From the NCBI GenBank assembly GCA_963666485.2, contig CAXXUO010000005.1, positions 1 through 18,484 of the forward strand: DNA of 18,484 bases, in the 5' to 3' direction. The notes under the pieces are model-generated. The model saw only the letters and a list, made by a program, of their open reading frames with translations, ran no database searches and was not told the DNA's origin. Shown here piece after piece: positions 12,018 to 18,484 of the stretch (within the stretch, counting starts at the first letter, position 1; each line of letters opens with the position of its first letter). This stretch comes from Syntrophorhabdaceae bacterium. Lineage in GTDB: Bacteria; Desulfobacterota; Syntrophorhabdia; Syntrophorhabdales; Syntrophorhabdaceae. The translations under genes were made by a program, and so were the position numbers.

Positions 12018-13574
12018 TCACTCCCATTCGATCGTGCTGGGCGGCTTCGACGATATATCGTAGACCACCCTGTTGACGCCGGGGACCTCGTTGATTATTC
12101 TCCGGGCCGTCGTATCGAGCGTCGTGTAGGGAAGCCGGGCCCAGTCTGCCGTCATCGCGTCTTCGCTCTCGACGACCCTCAGCGCGATAACGTTGGCATA
12201 TGTCCTTTCGTCTCCCATGACCCCGACGGTCTTGACCGGGATAAGTATGGCGAACGACTGCCAGATGTGCTTGAAGGCCGGGTTGTGCTCAACTTCCTGG
12301 CGGATGATGCTGTCTGCTTCCTTCAGGATCTCGAGCCTTTCCCTGTTCACGTCGCCGATGATCCTGATCGCAAGGCCGGGGCCCGGGAAGGGCTGCCTGC
12401 TGACAATATTTTCGGGGACGCCGAGCTCCCGCCCGACCACCCGGACCTCATCCTTGAAAAGCTCCCGGAGAGGCTCTATCAGCTTCATTTTCATTCTCTT
12501 GGGCAACCCGCCCACGTTGTGATGGCTCTTTATCGTGGCAGACGGCCCTTTCGCCGACACGCTCTCGATGACATCGGGATAGAGCGTTCCCTGGGCAAGG
12601 AACCGGGCGGAGCCGTTCTTTCCGGCCTCCTCCTCGAATATCTTGATGAAAAGCCTGCCGATCACTTTTCTTTTTCGTTCCGGGTCCTTTATTCCCTTCA
12701 GGGCCTTGAGGAACCTGTCCTCCGCATCGATATATTTCAGGTTGAGATGGAGGACATCCCTGTATGCCTCGATAACTTCCTCCGCCTCGTTCTTCCTCAA
12801 GACGCCGTTGTTCACGAAGATGCACTGGAGGTTGTCCCCGATCGCGCGGTGGATGAGGGCCGCGACAACGGACGAGTCGACGCCGCCGCTCAGCGCGCAA
12901 ATGACCCTCTGGCCGCCCGATTCTTCGCGGATCTTTTCTGTCGCAAGCTCGACAAAAGATTTCGGGGAGAATAAGCCTTTGAGTTTGCAGATCTTGTAAA
13001 GGAAATTTTTCAATATCCGCTTGCCCTTCGGCGTATGGTGGACCTCGGGATGGAACTGGACACCGTAGATCGTCCCTTCCCTGTTGCGGATGGCCGCGTG
13101 GGGGGAGTTGTCCGACCGGGCGAGGGTGATGAACCCGCGGGGCATGGTGAGCACCTTGTCGCTGTGGCTCATCCAGACGATGTCGCCGTCCTTTATACCG
13201 TCGAGAAACTTATCTTTGGTCTCGACGTAGACGTGGGCCTTGCCGAATTCCCTTTTCGGGGCCTTCTCGACCTTGCCGCCGAAGATGCTCGATAGTAATT
13301 GCAGCCCGTAGCAGATCCCGAGGACCGGGACCTTGAGGTCAAAGACCTCCTTTTCGCAGAACGGGGCGTTCTTTTCATTGATGCTGGCCGGCCCGCCCGA
13401 GAGAATGATCCCGCGCGGGTCCATGGACCGGATCGCGTCCATGCCTATGTTGTAAGGATAGATCTCGCAGTAGACGCCGAGCTCCCGCACCTTGCGGGCG
13501 ATGAGCTGGGTGTACTGGGAGCCGAAATCGAGAATGAGTATCAGTTCCTTGTGATAATCATTGTATCGCTTCAT
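12018..13574 (-). CDS. guaA: GMP synthase (glutamine-hydrolysing)
   Basis: 518 aa with LDFGSQYTQLIAR, GICYG, QFHPEV, SGGVDS, IKSHHNVGGLP, PFPGPGLAIR and SKPPSTIEWE. Confidence 0.98.
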   Translation of the reverse strand: MKRYNDYHKELILILDFGSQYTQLIARKVRELGVYCEIYPYNIGMDAIRSMDPRGIILSGGPASINEKNAPFCEKEVFDLKVPVLGICYGLQLLSSIFGGKVEKAPKREFGKAHVYVETKDKFLDGIKDGDIVWMSHSDKVLTMPRGFITLARSDNSPHAAIRNREGTIYGVQFHPEVHHTPKGKRILKNFLYKICKLKGLFSPKSFVELATEKIREESGGQRVICALSGGVDSSVVAALIHRAIGDNLQCIFVNNGVLRKNEAEEVIEAYRDVLHLNLKYIDAEDRFLKALKGIKDPERKRKVIGRLFIKIFEEEAGKNGSARFLAQGTLYPDVIESVSAKGPSATIKSHHNVGGLPKRMKMKLIEPLRELFKDEVRVVGRELGVPENIVSRQPFPGPGLAIRIIGDVNRERLEILKEADSIIRQEVEHNPAFKHIWQSFAILIPVKTVGVMGDERTYANVIALRVVESEDAMTADWARLPYTTLDTTARRIINEVPGVNRVVYDISSKPPSTIEWE

Positions 13575-13576
13575 GT

Positions 13577-15053
13577 TTACTCGATCCTGTAATTGGGGGC
13601 TTCCTTCGTGATGATAACATCGTGTACGTGGCTTTCCCGTAAGGATGCGGATGTTATCCTTATAAAGCGTCTCTTCGCCTGGAGCTCCGCGATGGTCCGC
13701 GTCCCGGTATAGCCCATCCCGGCCTTTAAGCCGCCGACGAGCTGGTTGATGGAGATGGACAGTGCGCCGCGGTACGGGACACGGCCCTCGATCCCTTCCG
13801 GAACGATCTTCGATTCGATCTCGTCTTCCGGGATTGAATACCGGTCGCGTGTCTTTCCCTCGCGCATCGCCTCGAGCGATCCCATCCCGCGGTATACCTT
13901 GTACGTCCGGCCCTGGTAGAGGACCGTTTCTCCCGGCGTCTCGTCCGTCCCGGCGAAAAGGTTGCCGATCATTGCGGTCTGCGCACCGGCTGCCAGCGCT
14001 TTCGTTATATCGCCCGAGAACTTTATCCCGCCGTCGGCGACGAGCGGCACATTATATTTACGGGCGATCTTCGCCGCGTCCAGGATCGCCGTGATCTGGG
14101 GGACACCGATGCCGGCGACGATCCGCGTCGTACAGATAGAGCCCGGCCCGACACCGATCTTGACCGCATCACATCCCGCCTTGATAAGGGCCTCGCAGCC
14201 CTCGGCAGTGGCAATGTTGCCCGCTATGAGCTGAACGTTCGGGAAATTCTTCCGTATTGCTTTTATAGATTCGATGACATTGCGGGAATGGCCGTGCGCG
14301 GTGTCGACCACGATGACATCGCACGCCGCTTTCAGGAGGGCTTCCACGCGTTCGTCCCTGTCCGGGCCGACGCCCACCGCTGCGCCCACGCGGAGCCTTC
14401 CCAGCTGGTCTTTGCATGAATACGGGAATTTCCGCATCTTTTCAATGTCTTTGATCGTGATGAGCCCCCTCAGGTCGAAATTCTTATCGACGACAAGAAG
14501 CTTTTCCTATCTTGTGCTTGTGCAGTATTTTTTTCGATTCCTCGAGCCCGATCCCTTCCTTGACCGTCACGAGGTTCTCTTTCGTCATGACGTTCTCGAC
14601 CTTCCTGTTGAGGTTGGTCTCGAACCGCAGGTCCCTGTTCGTGATGATGCCGACGAGACGCGTCCCCTTCGTCACGGGTATGCCCGAGATGCGGTAGCGG
14701 GCCATGAGGTCCAGCGCATCCTTTATCTTGTTTTCCGGGGAGATGGTTATCGGGTCGACGATCATCCCGCTCTCCGATTTTTTGACCTTTTCGACCTCGT
14801 GCGCCTGCTCGGCGACGGTCATGTTCCGGTGTATGATGCCGATGCCGCCCTCCTGGGCGAGGCAGATCGCCGTTTTCGATTCGGTCACCGTGTCCATGGC
14901 GGCGCTGAGTATCGGGATGCTGAGCTTTATGGCAGGCGTCAGGTATGTGGAGACGTCCACGTCGGCGGGCATGATCTCGCTCGATGCCGGTTCCAGGAGA
15001 ACATCATCGAAGGTTAGACCCTCCCTGAAATCCGTCGGCTCTTTGTGTGGCAT
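13577..15053 (-). CDS. guaB: IMP dehydrogenase; apparent +1 frameshift at 14506-14507
   Basis: The N-terminal part has [27 protein letters not shown] and CBS domains. The C-terminal part has [36 protein letters not shown] and ESHVHDV. Removing one base gives [33 protein letters not shown]. Confidence 0.95.
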
Positions 15054-15135
15054 GATTCACCTCATGGGGATAAAAATAGGAATTGCTCTATAAAACATGT
15101 ATGTGCCGGTTTTCATTAGCTCATACATAAAAGGC

Positions 15136-15163
15136 TTGCCATTTTAATAGGGTTAAGTATAAT
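15136..15163 (+). promoter_or_regulatory. Candidate sigma70 promoter for the ABC ATPase genes
   Basis: TTGCCA (15136-15141), a 16-bp spacer and TATAAT (15158-15163), in the AT-rich divergent intergenic region 53 bp before the ATG at 15217. Confidence 0.55.
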
Positions 15164-15216
15164 GCATAAGGTCCAAATAATCAAAAACTTTTTCCTTTGG
15201 GCAGCATCGGTCATTC

Positions 15217-16189
15217 ATGGTCAAAATCAACGATAAGGTCCTTCTCGACGTCATCGGCCTCAATACCCGTTTTTTCACGGAGGACGGGGTCATTCCCGCC
15301 GTCAACGATGTCTCTTTCACGATAAAGAAGGGCGAGATCTTCGGCCTCGTCGGGGAAAGCGGGTCCGGCAAGACGGTAACGGCCCATTCGATCATGGGGC
15401 TCGTTCACCCGCCGGGCAGGGTGGTCTCGGGGCAGATCATCTTCGAAGGGAGCGATCTTTTGACGCTGGGCCAGAAACAGATGGAAGATGTGCGGGGGAA
15501 CCGTATCGGAATGGTCTTCCAGGAACCTATGACCGCCTTGAACCCCGTGCTGCGGATCGGGGAGCAGATAGCGGAGGTCATCGACATACATAAGGTATCG
15601 TCCGGCAATGAGACTCGCAAGAGAACGCTCGAGCTTCTTCGGCAGGTCGGGTTCGACGAGCCTGAAAAAAGGTATATACAGTACCCCCACCAGCTTTCCG
15701 GCGGTCAGAGGCAAAGGGTCTTGATGGCGATAGCGATCGCCTGCAACCCTTCGCTCATCATCGCCGACGAGCCGACGACCGCACTTGACGTCGCGACCGA
15801 ATCGCAAATTCTCGGGCTGATAGAGGGCCTCATCGAAAAACTGGAGATGTCGATGCTCTTCATAACGCACGACCTGACCATCGTGAGGTCGATGGGCCAG
15901 TCCGTGGGGCTCATGTATGCGGGCAGGATGGTCGAGAGGAACTCTGTGGGCGAGTTTTTCAAGAAACCGCTGCACCCGTATGGCGAGGGACTGCTCGAAT
16001 CCATATACGGGTTTTCGGGTTCGGGAAGGCTCAAGGCCATCCCCGGCTCGGTCCCGAACTTGAGCGAACTGCCGAAAGGATGCACGTTCCACCCGCGCTG
16101 CCCGTATGTCATGGACATCTGCAAGGGGGACGAACCGGTCATAAAAGAGGGTGGGGAAGGATCAATGGGTCCGCTGCTATCTGTACTAG
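15217..16189 (+). CDS. Oligopeptide/dipeptide ABC transporter ATP-binding protein (OppD/DppD-like); apparent +1 frameshift at 16149-16151
   Basis: Walker A GESGSGKT, FQEPMTALNP, LSGGQRQR, IIADEPTTALD, ITHDL, PLHPY and the Cys-rich tail CTFHPRCPYVMDIC. Removing one G gives the family-typical end IKEVGKDQWVRCYLY*, with TAG at 16187-16189. Confidence 0.85.
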
Positions 16190-17098
16190 ATGTCAGGAAG
16201 TACTACGAGGTCCGCAGGTCCGTCTTCTCCGTTGAAAAGGAGATCATCAAGGCGGTCGACGGTGTGAGCTTCGAGCTTCATGCAGGGAAAACCCTCGGGG
16301 TCGTGGGAGAGAGCGGTTCCGGCAAGAGCACGCTCGCACGGTGCCTGATGTTCCTCGAGAGGCCGGACAGCGGCACGATAACCTTCGACGGTGTCAACCT
16401 TGTCACGGCAAGCTCCGCCGAGATCCGCAAGCTCCGCAGGAAGCTCCAGATCATTTTCCAGGACCCCTATTCCTCGCTGAATCCCCGGATGACGGTGCGA
16501 GACATCATCGCCGAGCCCATCAGGTTTCATCGTATGGTACGAGGCCGGGGAGGCCTTAAATGCCCGGGTCATCGATGTGTTGAAGAGTGTGGGCATCAAC
16601 GATGATTTCCTGAAGAAATACCCCCACGAGATGAGCGGCGGCCAGAGGCAGAGGGTCGCGATCGGCCGGGCGCTCGCCACGGAACCCGCTCTCCTTATAG
16701 CGGATGAGCCCGTGTCGTCTCTCGACGTCTCGATCCAGGCCCAGATAATCAACCTGTTCATCGATATCCGCGAGAAACTGAACATCGCGATGATATTCGT
16801 CTCCCATGACCTCAACATAGTCCGCTTTATCTCGGACAACATACTCGTCCTGTACAAAGGAAAGGTCGTCGAGATGGGTGAGCGCGACCAGGTCTTTCTC
16901 AATCCTCAGCATCCGTACACAAGAATGCTCATAGACGCGGCAAAAGGCGAGTTATCCCTGAGGTCCGAGCCCGCCGGCACCGCTGAACCCGGACAGTGCC
17001 CCTACTATGACAAATGCAGGGACAGAAAGCCCCACTGCCGAACCGAGACCCCGCATCTGACCGGCGCCGACGACCACAAAGTTGCCTGTTTCACGTAA
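16165..17098 (+). CDS. Oligopeptide/dipeptide ABC transporter ATP-binding protein (OppF/DppF-like); apparent +1 frameshift near 16547-16550
   Basis: MGPLLSVLDVRKYY, KAVDGVSF, GESGSGKST and FQDPYSSLNP, then in the next frame MSGGQRQR, ADEPVSSLD, VSHDL, PQHPYT and CPYYDKC...C...VAC. Removing one G gives MVRGREALNARVIDVLKSVG. Confidence 0.87.
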
Positions 17099-17100
17099 GC

Positions 17101-17452
17101 GAAAAAGACATTCTCTCGCCCGCTTCGCTCGAGCTCGCAGAGAGCACAGAGAACTGCGAAGGAAAAGACTTTGCCGGCTGGTCGCGGAGCCGACCACGAC
17201 CAGCCGGCACTTTCGTCGGCTTCGCCGAGGAAAAGAAAAAACAATACAAGGAAATTAACGGTCCAAGCGGTCCTCCTGCCTGAAGGGCAGGACCGAAGAT
17301 GCCGCCCTGGTAGCCGGGTACCCGCCTCCGAGCTTGCTATTGGCGGGTGGCGATGGTCGGCTCCGGGCTCCCGCGGCCTCCGCCGTTCTCCGCGATCTCT
17401 GCGAGCTCTAGAGAGGAGCGCAAGCGACGAACGGGCGAGAGAATATCTTTTC
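17101..17452. repeat. ~350-bp palindromic intergenic element with long imperfect terminal inverted repeats and nested hairpins (MITE/REP-like element or structured RNA)
   Basis: AAAAGACATTCTCTCGCCCG (17103-17122) matches the reverse complement of 17432-17451 at 19/20 positions. GAGCTCGCAGAGA (17131-17143) pairs with TCTCTGCGAGCTC (17396-17408). There is an inner 13-bp stem at 17172-17184/17197-17209 and further hairpins. Confidence 0.75.
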
Positions 17453-18200
17453 TTATCGCGGCAAGGTTCTCGGATGGATCATGCCGAGTTTGGCGAGACG
17501 GAATTTTAGTGCGGTCCAGAGGCAGCCGAAGCCGTACTTCACGCTCCGGCCGAAATTGATCGAGGACGAGTCGGCGTAATATTTCGTGGGGCAGCTGACC
17601 TCTGCGATCGTGTATCCGCACCAGATGATCTGGGCAAGCATCTGGTTGTCGAAAATGAAATCGGCTGAGTTCATCTCGAAGGGGATCTTCTGGAGCAGGT
17701 CCCGGGAAAATGCCCTGTAGCCCGTGTGATATTCCGACAGCTTGGCCCCGAAGAGGATGTTCTCGGCAAGGGTGAGGAACCTGTTCGCTATGTACCGCCA
17801 CGGGGGCATCCCGCCCTTGAGGGCATAACCGCCGAGGATCCGCGATCCCAGGACGCAATGATACAGGCCGCTGCCGATGAGCGATGCCATTGCGGGGATG
17901 AGAAGGGGGGTGTACTGGTAATCGGGGTGGACCATTATAATGATGTCTCCCGCCTCTTCGAGGGCGAGCCTGTAGCATGATTTCTGGTTCGCACCGTACC
18001 CGAGGTTCTTTTTGTGTTCATATATTTTTGTGTGAGGGAGGCGGCGGGGCGAGCGCGACCGTGTCATCCTGACTGTTGTCGTCGACAACGATGATAAGGT
18101 CGACTATCCCCTGGTCCATGACCTCGTCGTACGTCTTCTGCAGTGTGCCCGCCGCGTTGTAGGCCGGCATGACGACGATGACCTTCTGGTCCTTGTACAT
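17453..18200 (-). CDS. Glycosyltransferase family 2 (DPM1-like polyprenol-phosphate sugar transferase); apparent +1 frameshift at 18046-18049
   Basis: VVMPAYNAAGTL and IVVDDNSQDDT, then NLGYGANQK, MVHPDYQY, VLGSRIL, EYHTGYRAFSR and FIFDNQML. Removing one base gives DTVALARRLPHTKIYEH. Confidence 0.9.
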
Positions 18201-18260
18201 TACGATCGAACCTCGCTTTTCTTACATACAATGAATTATTTATTTTGTCTATGATTCATC

Positions 18261-18482
18261 TCACACATCATGCTTGCGAGAATATAGTATCAGCGTTGCC
18301 CCTTTTCCCGCAATGCCCGATAGCACGTGCTCGGCTGCGGCAAAGGGAAGGGTGCATGCGGCGAGCGCGGCCCAGGCGAGAAAGGCGGCAGGGGAGGCCC
18401 TTTTGGCGGTCTTCCGGAGCAGGGAGTAAAAACGGTTCGGTGTGCGGGGCGCGATCGCGTTCAAGGTGCTCTGGATGAAACC
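18261..18482 (-). CDS. 3' end of a gene running off the window; the C-terminus resembles class I SAM-dependent methyltransferases found beside glycosyltransferases
   Basis: The frame is open to the window edge (GFIQSTLNAIAP...GIAGKGATLILYSRKHDV*) and is co-directional with, and 60 bp upstream of, the GT2 gene. The product call rests on resemblance only. Confidence 0.45.
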   Translation of the reverse strand, partial: GFIQSTLNAIAPRTPNRFYSLLRKTAKRASPAAFLAWAALAACTLPFAAAEHVLSGIAGKGATLILYSRKHDV

Positions 18483-18484
18483 GA

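Noticed and set aside
13577..15053. guaB as a pseudogene, split gene or programmed frameshift
   Set aside because: There is no convincing slippery site or other decay, and the same +1 pattern occurs at four other positions, so error is more likely.
15054..15216. Purine riboswitch upstream of guaB
   Set aside because: I see no three-way-junction aptamer or terminator platform, only a short inverted repeat in AT-rich sequence.
15217..16605. Apparent 462-aa fusion of one and a half ABC ATPase domains
   Set aside because: It is explained by one extra G at 16149-16151. Correction restores a normal stop at 16187-16189 and an overlapping second gene from 16165.
17099..17452. CRISPR array, tRNA or small protein genes in the palindromic intergenic region
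   Set aside because: There are no regularly spaced direct repeats, no cloverleaf and no cas genes. The short overlapping ORFs have no recognisable motifs.

Overview
Chromosomal window from a GC-rich anaerobic bacterium; the gene content suggests Desulfobacterota/Syntrophorhabdus-like, which is inference only. Plus strand: a 5'-truncated acyl-CoA dehydratase activase-family gene directly followed by a CBS-domain hemolysin-family (TlyC/CorC-like) gene. Minus strand: a tightly packed guaB-guaA-dnaE-accA-pgi operon. Divergent from it are two oligopeptide-type ABC ATPases, then a ~350-bp highly palindromic intergenic element, a minus-strand GT2 glycosyltransferase and the 3' end of another gene. 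The main finding is a complete IS110 (IS621-like) element at 4943..6125, bounded by CT cores and inserted into an inverted pair of REP-like palindromes. Its non-coding left end reads as a bridge RNA: one loop carries guides matching the reconstructed insertion site (GAAAAAC-CT-TGGAT) and the other carries guides matching the element's own end junction (ACAGTTG-CT-TGTAT). Joining the two ends creates a TTGACA-17-TATGAT promoter. Five single-base G/C-run insertions break conserved genes and are most likely sequencing errors.
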